Below are positions 1 to 14,299 of a stretch of DNA of 64,000 nucleotides, piece after piece. The stretch is from the human T2T-CHM13v2.0 reference genome, Homo sapiens, in the NCBI RefSeq assembly GCF_009914755.1, contig NC_060941.1, one strand, 5' to 3'. The notes under the pieces are model-generated. The model had not been told where the DNA came from. It was given only the letters and a program-made list of their open reading frames with translations, and did no database searches. Every line of letters starts with the position of its first letter. The first letter of the stretch is position 1. The position numbers and the translations under genes were made by a program.

Positions 1-695
1 GGCTGGGGTTATTGTATGCAAATTTGCCCCGCTTTGCTCACATGGCCACACCCAGAGTGGGCAGAGGGGTGAAGGTGGAGTGAAAGTAAACTTCTCTCCA
101 TAAAAGAGTTGGGAAGAGGAAGTTTCCCATAAACAAAAAGGCAAAGTGGTGCTGAGAAACAGATGTCCATGACAAATGAATACATGAATGATTGGATAAG
201 TGAATTGGGCCTGGAAGGGTGAATAGGAGTTCACCAGGTAGAGAAAAGAGCAAGGGTCCCCTTATGCATGTGTATACACACAGAGTCTGATTTCAATTCT
301 GTTTTATTCTCAACCCCAGCTGTCCATTCGTGTCTGCCCCCATCTGTGTGTCTGGATCATCCTGGAAGCCCCAGAGGGCAGGGACAATGTTTGCCACACT
401 CCATCTTGGCACTGCCCAGGCCTGTCCATTTAGACACTTAATCAAGGCTGTTTGGGTTCTGCAGCTGACCTTCCCTGCAAGCAGGGAGTTCTCTCCCTTC
501 CCCAGTAGATCTGGGCTGGGCCAGGCCACTGTCCAGTGCCAGGGGAGGGGCTGGAAGCAGTAAAGAGCCAGAGACTTGAGAACGGGATGATAGCAGCCCC
601 CTGCCCGCAGTCTCTCCTGTTCATCTGGGAATTCCTCCCTGCCCTCACTGGCATCAGCAAGGCCTTAAAATGTCACTTGTGAAGTGTAAACTTAG

Positions 696-1058
<363 letters not shown>

Positions 1059-1269
1059 CTCTTCTGGTCTTTGAGCACATGATGCAAGGAGTTTACCTAG
1101 AGCTGCGGTTTCACTTCTTTCTACCTGATACTCTCCCTGTGCTGCACCTTGCCTCCCAATCACAGCTTTTAATGGCTAAAGTCCATGGAGGGGCTTTCTT
1201 TTATGTCCCTGATCCTCTACCAGTGGCTGTTTAAGCTGTTGTTGGTTATCTGTTCCTTCCTTCACTCCT

Positions 1270-1550
1270 TTATCATACATTCATTCACCCACAGCAATTG
1301 AGTATCTGCTATGCAGGCTTGCTCTAGGCAAAGAGGACACTCAGATAAAAGAGGCAATCACTCCCCTCCCCAAGGAGCTCAGCGCCCGGGTGGATGGAGA
1401 GGGAAGGAAAGCACCAGCCACACCACAGAGTGCTGGTGACAGGCAGAGAAGTACAAGGTGCCTGAGGTCCGCATCAGTCACCCAGGCTGTAATGAAATGG
1501 AGGACTTCCTGGAGGAGGTGATGCCTGTGCTGGGATGAGTAGAAGGGAGT
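1270..1550 (-). mobile_element. L2 fragment
   Basis: CATTCATTCA...GAGTATCT and GACTTCCTGGAGGAGGTGATG are typical L2 3' motifs. Confidence 0.5.
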
Positions 1551-2694
1551 AAGACAGTCCCAAAGAGGGACATGGTGAGGTGGTGAGGCTGGAGAAAGAG
1601 AAATGATGAGTCATTGGCTTACAGCTTTTTCTGCAGCTGAGTTCCTTCCCCTCCCTGCTGCCATGTCTTCATTCATTAGTTTGTTTGACTGTTCATGCAG
1701 CTCATTCATTCTAACCTCCCTCCCTCAGTGCCAGGCACAGGCTGGGTGCTGTGGATCCCAACAGGGACCTTCTGTTGGAACCCAGTGGAGCAGTCAGCAG
1801 CCCTGTCTCAGACAGTGGGGGTGTATGCTTGAAGTGGGAGGGGGGAGGCAGCCTTCTGCCCCCTAAGATCCAGAGTTGGGCTGAGATTGAGGGTCACACC
1901 ATAGGTTCCCCCATAAAGTTTGGGTGACCCCATTGCTGGCCCGCTGCAGGAGGGGCCTCCAAGGAGGACTGGGATGGGAGAGGGACCTCAAAAGGCAGAG
2001 GAAGGAGAGAAAAGTCGCCAGGGAAATTAGAGTTTCTGAAGCTGCCTTGGCTGCAGTAATGAGAACCAGAGAAGGGGCTAATGGAGATCAGATTGCCCGG
2101 GGGCTGCCTCCCAGCAGCCCCCTCCCCAGCATGCTGAAAGGAGAGGCCTGGGGACAGGATGTAGATGGGAAAGGGCCACTCTCTCCACGTGGTCCATCTC
2201 TTAATCTCAGCTGGAGTTGAGGGAGTTGAAGCTAGAGGAGGAGGACCAGATGGACTGTATCCTATGCGAGGTGGTCAGAGATGGGGAGAGAGTGTAGAAG
2301 CCGGCTGGCTACTCAGCCCCCAGGCCTTGGGCTCCACAGGTGGCCACTCGGTTATTGATGAACTAGCCTCCCCATGCACAGGACCCTCTAGCCATGAAGG
2401 GCTGGGGTGGGGCACTCATAGGAAGAAGAAAACCTGGGCTACGCCGCTGAGAAGATTTCCCCACCTGATGGAGGGGACACACTCCAGAAAGCCCCGGCCT
2501 AGGATGCAGGATGTCCCTGGCCTCGGGGAGCCCGTTTGGTGAGAGAGGTGGCTGGTGCAACAGTCTGCCTGGCTGGGAGAAGTGACAGTGCTGACCCCCT
2601 GGAAGCACTCACAACAAGGGGAAGACAAAACTACTACCACTTCTAGGATTAGTACTTCTACTACTAGTACTGCTAGTAATAATAACAACAGCAA

Positions 2695-2870
2695 TCTCAA
2701 ATTGAGCATTCATTTTGTGCCAGAACCCTAGTTAAGAGTTTTGCACCCACTTAGCCTCATTTAATTTTCACAACCACCTCAAGAGGAGGAAAGGGCTGAC
2801 GTCACCATCATTTTGCAGATGGAGAAGACAAAGCTCAGAGAGGGGAAGTCACTTGCCCAAGGTCAGAGCC
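2695..2870 (-). mobile_element. MIR
   Basis: CATTTTGCAGATGGAGAAGACAAAGCTCAGAGAGGGGAAGTCACTTGCCCAAGGTCA is the MIR core. Confidence 0.75.
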
Positions 2871-2969
2871 CTCAAGGAAGCCCACTGAGCACTGGCCCCC
2901 GTCGCCTGATCTCCAGGAGGCCCTGTGCTCTGGACACCAAGGGACCAAGAGTCAGTGAGCCCAAGCCAT

Positions 2970-3670
2970 CGCTCTCCACTGTCCTTTATCCCTCTGTCTT
3001 TCTCTATGTCTGCCTCAGTCTCTGTCTTTCTCTCCTTCCTCTCTCTTCTTCTCCATCTCAGTTCCTCTTTCTCTCTCTCTCTCCTTGTCTCTCCCTCCTT
3101 TCTTCTGCTCTAACTCTGTCTCTGTTCCCCTACTTCCCTCCCTCAAGTGCAGTCAAACAGGTCACTTGGCCCAGGAAGGTGCTGAGCAAATCCCATGGCG
3201 GGGGCTGGGGTGGGGGGATTCTGTGCCCTTGACCTGTGTCCTTTCCCCCAAGGCTGGGAGCCAGGAGCCAGGGCCTGCCTGCAGGGGGCTGTGAGGGCAT
3301 GGGGGTGGGGCACACAGGCCACATGACCTCTTGAAGGATGCCAACAGCCCCGGGAGAGGAGACAGGAGAATCTGGGCATGAGGCAGCTGAACTCGAGGTG
3401 GGACGGCACAGGAGCTGCTCACTGGGTCTCCGGGCCAGGGTCATGGTGCAAGGTGGGGACAAAAATCCTCCTCCCTCCTCCTCCTTCCAATCCCTCTTTT
3501 CTCTTCCTGTCCTTCTGTTTCTTCTCTCTGCCTCCTTTCTCCTTCTCTGGTTCTTTCTCCTCACCCCTTCTCATTTTCTCCTCCTCCCTGCATTTATCCT
3601 AGAGCTTGCATTTTCTCTCTTTCTTTTTCTCTCTCTCTTTTCTCCCTCCCCACCCCTCCTCCCCTTCTAT
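2970..3670. repeat. Two CT-rich low-complexity tracts (2970-3145, 3465-3670)
   Basis: Long near-pure pyrimidine runs. Confidence 0.8.
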
Positions 3671-6600
3671 CGATCAGTCTCCCCAGCTCTAGCCAACACG
3701 AAGGCCTTGGATGGTACTCACAGTCTTGCTTTAAAATTTATTGCCCAGTGAATGCGGCGGCAGATGGAAGTCTCCACCACCCCACCCCCACCCTCTCTAT
3801 CGCCTCATCCCAACAAAAGCCAATCTAGACAAACGTCGTCCATCAAATGCACCAATATGGGGTTATTTATAGGCTACCCCCTTCCAAGAAAGCAGAGTGT
3901 TTTTTCCTCCTCTCTCTCTTTTCTCTTTGAGCGTTCACAGCTCAGGAGTGAGAGGGACGGTGGGATTCGATATTCAAGAAGCTGCACAATGAGGTTCCCA
4001 TCCGTCAGATTCTAGGGTAGGGGGGCGTAGAAGTGCCTTGATTGGAAATGAATTAATTAGAAGTGAGGCTCTTCAAGTCTCCAAGTTGGGTTATTTATAG
4101 TGTTCGGTTAATTTTGATAATTAACACTGGGAAAGAATAGTGAGTTCCGGGCAAAGCAGTGCCCGCCAACGGAGACGCGCTTCCCGCCCCGTCGCTGCCC
4201 CTCCCCACTTGCTCCATTTGGACTCTGTCAAAATAGGCTACTCTCTGCTGCCGAGGCCCTGGGTTTTCTAAAAGTAGAATGTAGGTGGGAAGGCCAAAGG
4301 CATAGGGGCTGCAGTAGGGGACTCAGGCTGTCAGAGGTCCAACGCTATAGCACCAGGCCAGTGCTCCTCTCCTCTTCTGGCCAGATGGCCTTCCTGGAGA
4401 AGCAGGTGCCAGCTGCTGGTCCGGGTGGGATGTGCAGTGTAGCCCACCGCACTGGGAGAGCAGGAGAGGCTGTACCCAAGCTCTGGGCATAGATGTTCAT
4501 TCTACCAAAGCAGCCAGGAGGAGCGAGGCTGGACCAACCAGGGTGACAGGAATCAGAGACAGCCAGACAGCTGCCAGGTTTGAAAGGAGAGAGGAGAATG
4601 GGAGAGCTTCTCGGAGAAGCAGGAGGTTTTGACCTGCAGCCTGCTGTCTGCCTGTGGGCAGGAAGGGCATTTCAAAGAGAGGCAGTGATCACCACCTACC
4701 AGGAAAGGGGACTTCAGAATTTGCCAGCTCCCCTCAATCCATTTGCTGCCCCATCCCCTACCTTGCCACCAAACTGATAGCTCAGCATTTCCATCCACAC
4801 CACTCCCTTTCGCAAGCAGCACCCCCTGGCCCGCCCAGAGTGCCCTGCCCTCTCCCCTGTGAGGGTCTACCATGGTTCAAGGCCAACTCTCCTGTTGCCT
4901 CCTCTGAGCCCAGCTGAGTCGGTGGCTTCCCGCCTCCAGGGCCCCCCTCATTTTGTTTAGTGGGATTCTCAGTGGTGGCAGAGAGGGCTGGTGGTAAAGA
5001 TAGGACTGGAAAGATACGGAGGCTGGATTCTGAAGGGTCCTGGATGTCCCACTAGAGTCTGGCCCCTTCCCTAGAAGTGATGGGGAACTGCTTTCTTGCC
5101 TGGGAGCTGGGCAGTGGGCTGCCCCCAACACCAGGGTGGTTCGGCAGGCAGAGATCACATTCCTTCCTGGGTTAAGGACCAACTCCCCACTCGGAGTGCA
5201 GAGCAGGGGGACCACCCCAGCGCAGGTACAGGAAGTGGTGGGAGGCCTTTCCCTCTGGGCCCCAGCAGCAGTTTCTGCAGTCTCCTGTCCCACTGGAGTG
5301 CAGAGGCGGGTTGGGAACGAGAAGAGGAACTTCAAATGCAACACTCCTGCCTTACGCTCTTGGAGGGAAGCTCCACTCCCGGGCCTGCCAAGGGCTGGGG
5401 CCAGACCGGAAACGGGATCATCTTCGATCAAGGGCTGTGGGCTCTGCTGGTTCCTGCTGCCTGTGCCGGCTCCCCCGTCCTCCCCTCCTCCCCTTGCGGA
5501 TGTTCTCAGGTGTCTCATCCAAATCCCTTCCCTGGCCACTCCCCTCTCCTCTCTTCCCTCTTGATCTGTGATAGAAAGAGGGAGGGGAGAAGGGGAGAGT
5601 CCTCCTCCTGGTGGCTTCTGCCTGCTCCCAATCTCCCCATCTTTGTATTGATGTAAGCCTCACCTCTCTGCCCACTGGCATCCGAACTCCCCTGAGGGAA
5701 GCCTGCAGAGACTGATCCTGCTGCCTCCTGTGTGCTGTGCGCCCGCATTCTTCAGTCTCTGGGCTCTGGACAGAGGGGCACTGGGCCACCCCTGGGCTTG
5801 CCCCAGGTTGCCTGGGAGTTGCTGATCCATATTCTAGCCTGAATTCTCTGTGGCAGACTGCAGTCCTCCTTGAGGACAGTGACTTGGTCCCCCTCCTCCC
5901 CAGACCTGGGGCTCCCCAGTAGTGTGGAAATGAAGTATCTCTGTTCCCCACCCCACCCCACTCCAGGTCCAGCCATCCCACCCTCCACCTGTGTCCTTGC
6001 CCTGTTCCCAGTGCCCACCAGCCTCCAGGCCCTGCTGCTCTCTCTGGCAGGGCCTGCGGCACTGGCAGCTCCAGGCCAGGCCCCTGACCTCAGGCCGCCA
6101 TGGGCCAGCCCCCAGACACCTCTCAGTGTTTTTGCCTCGATTTTCAGCCCAGGGGCCTTTGGGGAGCTGCAATCCCGTCTCCAGCTTCCTCTGAAAGGAG
6201 AGCACATTTTTAATTAAAGTGGAAAAAGAGCTGAAAATCTGTTCGCATTTAATCATCTTGACGACCTTTTTGCTTAAGAGTTTCCAGCTGAGGTGGAGGG
6301 AGCATATAAGGCGGGGGCAAAGACATTTCTCAAGACCCGGCCTGGGTCGGGAACAAGGAGGGAGAACCTCTGCAGGGATGAATAATGGAACAGGAGCGGA
6401 GGTGGCCAGGGCTCTGAGTGCCGACTCAGCACTTCCCCTGCTGGCTCCTTCAGGAGGTGCCCCCACCCTGCCTCTCTCCCCTCTTCTGGGCACCCTGTAG
6501 GCTGGGCTGGGCTGGACAAGAACCGGGACTCAGACTCCCCAGGGAGCAGGAGCAGAGGCCATGTGGGAAGGACAGTTCCTCTCTGTCACAGGCGGAGGAC

Positions 6601-6890
6601 ACAGGTATGGAGGGGCACTGTGAGTGGCTTCTAGACACACAGAGAATTGGGGCAATGCTGAGGGGCCTAGCCCAGGCCTTCTTCACCACACCTGCCGAAA
6701 CTGCTGTATAATCCCCTTCTCTGCAACTGCCTTACTGAGTGACTTGGAACATGTGGCACATGTCTCTGGGCCTCAGTTTCCCCTACTGTTGATGGCCTCT
6801 GGGCTACTTTCCACTTCTGAAATCCGACTCCCAGCCTAGAATGTGTAATTGAGAATGCTTGTGTTCCTGCCCCAGGTGTAACATGGTCCT

Positions 6891-7215
<325 letters not shown>

Positions 7216-8039
7216 CAACACGGTCCTGTTTGATTGGGGAACTCCTTAGACATCCCTCCCCAAAGCCATGGGCTGTGTATCTCCCCCTCCCTGCTCCCCC
7301 GCCAGCCCCAGAGCCTAGGAGAGGAGTATTGCACTGAGGTTCTCCTCCGAGTTCCAGACCCACCTCTGTCCTCCTAAGGACTGTGTCTCCCTCCTCAGAG
7401 CAGGGGGACTTCCAGGCCTCAGACTGGAGCTTCCTCCAGGGCAGGACTGCATTTCTCTCTCCTCCTTCCTTGGAGGAAAGCACTGACTTGGCAAGTGGCA
7501 TTGGTGGTACTGAAAGAGCTGGTGCAGGAAGAGCTGGTGACTCAGTCTTCTGCTTTTAAATTTCCAGCCCTGTCTCAGGGGTCCCCTGGCCCGGCCAACC
7601 TGGCCTTGCAATGGCAGGACTGGGAAATGATCCTCCTTCACCTCCTCCCCTTCCTGAGCGCTCAGATGGGTTTTCCCTTGAAGGGGAGGCGGGACTTAGT
7701 CCAAACTGTGCATCCATGCCCTTTGCCCTCCCCTGCTGGAAACCAACCCAGACAATTGCACTTGACCCCACTTCCCAGACAAGTCCAAGTGAAGATAAGC
7801 TGAAGCCTGGGACGTCTCCTACCCCAGCGATTCCCGTGGGAATCTTGCTGGAGCTGGAGGCCTGTCATAGCTCTGGCTCTTATCTACAGCAGGAAGGACC
7901 CCGGGCCTCAGTCTCCAGTGCTGAAATGTCATCTCACCCCTCATCCGGCCTCCAGCCCGCAGGCACCATCAGCAGCAGCATCAAACAGAGTAAGACTAAT
8001 TGACATCTCTTCAGCTCATCTGACTTTCAAAGCACACTC

Positions 8040-8200
8040 ACACTCAATACAGTACTTCCTTGACTCCTCAAAGTAATTTGGTGAGACTAGTATCTTATGC
8101 CCACTTTACAAACGAGGAAAGGGAGGCCTAGAACAAGAAAGGGACTGTCACAAGGCCACACAGCAAATAAATGATAGACTAGCGCCCGTGTCTCCCAATG
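8040..8200 (-). mobile_element. MIR
   Basis: CCCACTTTACAAACGAGGAAA...CAAGGCCACACAGC core. Confidence 0.6.
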
Positions 8201-8283
8201 CCTCTTCCTCCTATCTTCCCATTGTTGACTTCACGCTGTTCCAGCCATGGTGTAGCCTATTTAGTTTCTCTTTAAAACATCCT

Positions 8284-8636
8284 AGCCCGTGCCATGGCTC
8301 ATGCCTGTAATCCTAGCACTTTGGGAGGCCAAGATGGGTGGATTGCTTGAGCCCAGGAGCTCGAGACCAGCCTGGGGAACATGGCATAACCTCATCTTTA
8401 CAAAAAATATAATAATTAGCCTGGTCTGGTGGTGCACACCTGTAGTCCCAGCTACTCATGATGGCTGAAGTGGGAGGATCACTTGAGACTGGGAGTTTGA
8501 GTCTGCAGTGAGCTGTGATCGCATCACTGCCCTCCAACCTGGGCAACAGAGCAAGACCCTGTCTCAAAAAAACCCCAAACCAACCAACCAAACAAACAAA
8601 CAAAGTAACAAACTAACAAGCAAAACAAACAAAAAA
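8284..8636 (+). mobile_element. Alu (AluJ-type) with mixed A/C tail
   Basis: GGAGGATCACTTGAG is AluJ-like; full dimer. Confidence 0.93.
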
Positions 8637-10854
8637 CTATCCTGCCTGTCCTTGGATGCAAAACAAAAAGTGAAAAAGATGACTGGATGCTTCAGAACTG
8701 TCAGGCAGCTCCGCAGTCCTTCAGGGCTGGGAAGAATCAAAGTTGAGAGTTGCGAGGAACTTCCTAGAGGAAGGCTCCTGGAGGAGAACTGTGTGCTGTA
8801 GAGGTGAGGAGAGAGGCAGGACCAGAAGGCGGAGGTAAGGGGCTGGCTCCTAGACTCAGGGAGATGGCTGCCCTGGGGTATGGGGTACTCTCTGTGCCCT
8901 TCCCATTCAAGCACTTGGGTTTAGCATTGCCCACTCTGGGTACCCCTTCTCCAAGACACAAAGCCTAGGGAAGATGAAGTCCCCAGCACCTATGTTTGAA
9001 TGAAGTGACCAGATCTTGTGACATTGACAGAAGGTATGGGTGCCACACGGGGGAGTGTTGGGAGGGAGGGTGGCCTGGAAGAAAGACGACTGCAGACGTC
9101 ATTCTACTGTCATGTCAAAGGAAAAGAGAAGACAGGCAAGGGCTTGGAGGTGGGAGAAGCTGACGAATGTGGGTCAGATGGGGCTCCTTCCAGGATAGGG
9201 TGGAGGCGCACCAGCCTCTGAGGCTGGAGCAGACGGTGGGGGAGGGCACTGTGCAACTGGCCCACTTTGATGCTCAAGTTAATCTAACTGGACTCCAACC
9301 TTGCTAATTCCTCCCACCCCTCTCACTACTAATTCAGCTCCAGAATCAAAACTCGCTGACCCCAGACCAGTCCCCAGGCCCCACCCTGTTCCCTCATTGG
9401 ACAGAACCCCCTTGCAGCCCAGGAGTCAGCTCAGAGGTAATCACTGCATCATGCTTCAAAGCCGCTAAGCAAGCTCTGAATGGGGGGCAGCAGGTTTCAC
9501 TTACCTTGCCTGGCCGCCTGCCCGGGGCAGATGGGATGCAGCTGGGGGAGGGCCCCACCTCGTCCTCCGCTCTCTCCCTGGCTCTCTGCCTTGGAGATGG
9601 TTGTCTCCTTGCCCACCTCATTTCACCCCTCCTCTGGTTGGACATTGGAATTGAAGAATAGGGGAAGTGATTCCCCCAAAGCAGGAAAAGTGAGAACTGG
9701 TGAAGGTCACTTCCCTGGCTGGCCTCCACCCCTCCTCTCCTGCCCCCTAAGCTAAATTCTATAAATACATGTCAGGAGAGAGTCTGAGTAGTAGCTGGAG
9801 GGCAGAGTTCACTTCTTTGAGATGGAAGTTCTATCTCCCATCCACGGGGTGGCTGCCAGTCTAGCTGGGGTGAAGGCTGGAGGAGCTGGGATGGATGGGA
9901 GAAGCGACCGGGGAAGGCGACTGTTGAGGGCCTGGTGCAGAACAGTGGCCACTTACGGTACCACTGCTTCCTTCTGGAGGTCCTTGGACAAGTGGCTTAA
10001 CGTCTTCAAGCCTCAGTCTCTTCTTCTGTAGGATGGTGATCCCAGTACTGTACTTCCCTCATGGGATTGTAGTGGAGTTTAAGGGGGTCAAGCAGTCCCA
10101 ATAAGTGTGAGTTCTCATTGTCTGCGATCCCATTTCTGCTTGGAAGTTGGCTGGAGCTGCAGGCTGGCTCCCCAGCAACTGCTGGGGACATGAGGCACAG
10201 GGAGCTGTGAGTTGTGCTTTGCTGAGGGGCTGAGATGAGGGGGGTGGAGTGGAATGGGAGGACAGGGAGGACAGTGTGTATTAAGGACGTTGCCTTTCTG
10301 GAGGGGCAGGGTGACGGTGGGGTGGTGAGCTATATAGGGGAGGAGTTGCCCCTCCCATTTGATTCCTAAAGATGCAGTTTGACGTGACTGCCACTCCCAG
10401 CTCCATGTGGAATTGCACTGATGTTCTCCACCCTTTCTCTTCAGAGTCACTATAGGACCAGGAAGCTTGGGGGTGGGGGGTAGGGGGAGGAGTCCTCTCT
10501 ATGGGCACTCTGTTATAGGAGATGGTTCTGAGGGACTCTCCAGGAACACTGCTGGCCTCTTGGTGCCCTCTGTGGGATCCCACCTGCTGGTCAGCCCCTA
10601 CGAGCCCTCTCTCCATGCCATATCCTGCAGCTGTGGCTCTAAGTGCTGAGGATTAGGAGAGAGGGGGCTGGGAAGACAGTGTGGCTTGTCAAGCAGGGAG
10701 AAACTTTTGGAGCCCGCTCATGTCTGGGGCCAGGAGTTGTGGACACTAGAGGGTTATACTCAGGCAGGCAGTGGCTCCATGAGGCCTCTGATATTGTTCC
10801 TAGGAAAAGGAAGGGCCAGTGCATCCTGCCCTCATGAAGAATCTCTGTTGCTCG

Positions 10855-11160
10855 TGGTGGTGCAGATGTAGGAAGATAGGTGTTGGAAGCCACGGCCATG
10901 GCAGCCGTGGTGGTGGTGACTATGGTGATCATAGTGATGGTGATAACTGTGGCCGTGTCATGGTGGTGATAGTTGTGATTCTGGTAGTGACACTGATGGC
11001 AGTGGCATAATGATGATGGTCATAATGGTGCTGGTGTTGTTAGAAGTGGTGGTGATGGTGGCAGTGGTGGTGATGATGGTGATGGTACTGGTGGTGGTCA
11101 TAATGATGATGGTCATAGTGGTACTAGTTTTGGTATAGATGCTTCTGGTCATGGTGATAG
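10855..11160. repeat. Degenerate (TGG/TGA)n triplet repeat
   Basis: Runs of GGTGGTGATGGTG and similar. Confidence 0.85.
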
Positions 11161-11252
11161 TGGGAGTCTCAGCAAAGGAATATCCTGATCATATCCAGGC
11201 TATCTGGTATGGTCAGTCAAGCCAAGACCTCACATTATAAACTAACTCTTCA

Positions 11253-11570
<318 letters not shown>

Positions 11571-11639
11571 TCATATCAAATAACTAACACACTAGAACAT
11601 CAGCTTCATAAGGAGCTGCATGAATCCCCAAGGCCTGCA

Positions 11640-11920
11640 GAATCCCCAAGGCCTAGAGCAGTGTGTGGCACACAGCAGATGCTCAATAAATACATGTTGA
11701 ATGAATGCAAGGGAAGTGAGTTCCTCCTTGTGATGAACACCACGTTACTTCATTTGATCCTCACCCCGCCCTTTCAAAATTCCCATTTGATAGATGAGAA
11801 AACTGAGACCAAAAGAGATGATGTAAACTGCCTGAGGAGTCAGCAATGGCAGAGAGGGAGGGAGGAATAATACCCAGGCCTGTCCCACTCCCAGTGCAAT
11901 GCTCTTTCCTCTACACACTT
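11640..11920. mobile_element. L2 3' end followed by MIR fragment
   Basis: GCTCAATAAATACATGTTGAATGAATG (L2 tail); CCCATTTGATAGATGAGAAAACTGAG (MIR). Confidence 0.65.
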
Positions 11921-12609
11921 TGCAGCCACTCTCCCCGCCAGCACTCAGCATTACGTAGTGGTCTTGCGCTTGGGTTTAATCATAGAAATACCGCTAATAA
12001 TAGTAACAATTGCTGTTTGTAATTGTTTGAGTAAGGCTTAAATGATCAGGACCATGGAAATTATTAATAACCCAGGCCCAGCCATAGTGTGGGTCGTATT
12101 AAATTGTGTTGAGATGGATAACGTTAGCAATAATAGTAACTGGGATCATAAATTAATAACAGGAGTATTTAAATTAATGCCACACTGTCGATACCCTTAG
12201 TCATAAGCAGCTCAACGCTGCTGTTAGTACTAATGTTGCCCCTTCCTTCCTGCCTTTTATGAATTCAGCTGAGAGGAAGGCAGGTCTAGAAAAGCAGCGG
12301 GAGGAGGAGACATCTTAGAAGCAGTCCCTGTCTGGAAGGAATGACTCTTCAGTGATTTCTGAAGAGGTGCTCTTTGCCTGGCCTCTTATGTCCAGCCATG
12401 AAGGTGGTGGCTCACCAGCATTCATGCTGAAAACCACAATGATGTCTACCTGTCCTTTCCAGGCCAGGGCTGTCCCCTGGACTTTGTGGGTTACACAGGA
12501 AAGAAATTCACAGGACAGATATTTTTTTCCCCCATGAATGAATGAATTAGCTTCAGCCGATCTTGGAAGTCACCTACAGACTGCTAGCGTGCTCTCTTCA
12601 TGAGCACCG

Positions 12610-12913
<304 letters not shown>

Positions 12914-13404
12914 CACAAGCGCTCTTGATCTCCCTTTTGTTTCCATAACTGGGGAGGGTAGTGAGATTTTTTTTTTTTCCAGGAGGAAACTGAAATCCAA
13001 ACATGGTTAAGATTTGGGTGTTGGGATAGACTTTGCAGACACCCCCATCAACTCTGTGCTCCAGGGTCTTGATGTCTGGGAACGAAGAAATGGAGGGAAC
13101 AGGAAAGGGGTAAGCATGGGGGTGGGTGGCATGCTTTTGGGGTTGGGAGGCATATTATTTGGACTTGGCAAGGTTTCTAGGGCAAGATGAATTTGGTCCT
13201 AGCACATGGATGGGTACACAGATATGAGTCCATTTCACCACTTTTCTATTTATTCCCTTCTACAAAACTTTCTTGAACCCTACTGTATACCAGGAATTCA
13301 GAGAAGAAACCATAATCCCTGCCTGCAGAGCTCATAAGCCCATGGAGACACTCACAGTCTGGTGAAGTCTATATTGTTGAAGATGCATCTGTTTGTTTGT
13401 TGAT

Positions 13405-13690
13405 GGGTGTCAGTGTGTGTGTGCACTCATGAATGTGTGTGTTTGTGTGACTGTATACATGTGAGGGCTTATGCAGACACGACTGTATACATGCATGTGT
13501 GAATGTGTACATATGCGCGTTTGAATGTCCGGATCACATATGTGCCCGTGTGCATGCCTGGAGAGGTGCATGTGTGGGACAGTCAGGTCGGCAGGAGTGC
13601 ATGAGAACGGTGTGGGCACACGTAAGTGCACGATCACACATACAAGTGAGCTTGAGAGTGTGTATTCCTGTGCACTGTGTGCACACCTGT
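13405..13690. repeat. TG/CA-rich alternating purine-pyrimidine low-complexity tract
   Basis: GTGTGTGTGCAC, ACATGCATGTGT and similar, ~0.6-0.9 kb upstream of the TSS. Confidence 0.75.
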
Positions 13691-14199
13691 GACCCCTTCA
13701 AACCCCTCATTTGAGAATCAAATGATGTCGGAATGGACTCCACCTTGAATGTCGATGGCCGAGGTAAGGGCGCCTGCGCCCCTCCCCTCCCCCTAGGCCT
13801 CTGCCCAGGGATCTCCTGCACTGGGAAGGGGAGGGGTGGGGATGGGGTGGAGGTGGGGTGATGGACTGAGATGAAGGGCAGGGAGGGCAAGCGGGCATTC
13901 TTACTGATAGGGGGCAGTTAGGGAGCAAGGCTCCAGGGAGAAGGTGAAGCCAGAGGCGGAGGAAGATGGGTAAGAGAGTGAACCCTGTGGCGGGCCGCAG
14001 CCGGAGAGGAACAGGAACCGCAGTGGGGACGCCCTGGTCCCCGGGCCCACAGCATCCGGGACGGACGCGCAGTAGCGCGGGCCGGGAACTGGGTACCAGG
14101 GCGGGATGGGTGAGAGGCTCTAAGGGACAAGGCAGGGAGAAGCGCAGCGGGGTGCGGGGAACCGCACGCCCTCCCTTTGCCTCTGCTTCCCACCCCGAG

Positions 14200-14295
14200 G
14201 CGGCAGGGCGGGCGGGCGCGGTTCCGGGGGTGGGCGGGCTGGGCGGGGCGGAGGCGGGGCCGCAGCACTGGCTTCACCCAGCCTCTCCCGCCCGC
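14200..14295 (+). promoter_or_regulatory. TATA-less core promoter with tandem Sp1/KLF GC boxes (also G4-forming)
   Basis: GGGCGGGCGGGCG, GGGGGTGGGCGGG and GGGCGGGGCGGAGGCGGGG lie just upstream of the TSS; no TATA box. Confidence 0.85.
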
Positions 14296-14299
14296 AGCC

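Noticed and set aside
4877-6493. Several 186-220 aa ORFs upstream of NGFR
   Set aside because: No domain or codon-bias signal and no exon structure; consistent with chance in GC-rich DNA.
10819-11152. Thr/Ile/Met-rich and Gly/Asp-rich ORFs
   Set aside because: Translations of the (TGG/TGA)n simple repeat.
11621-11655. Tandem duplication of GAATCCCCAAGGCCT
   Set aside because: Two copies only; ordinary slippage duplication, not an array.
11945-12260. Possible NUMT origin of the AT-rich block
   Set aside because: I could not recognise any mitochondrial gene or rRNA sequence on either strand.
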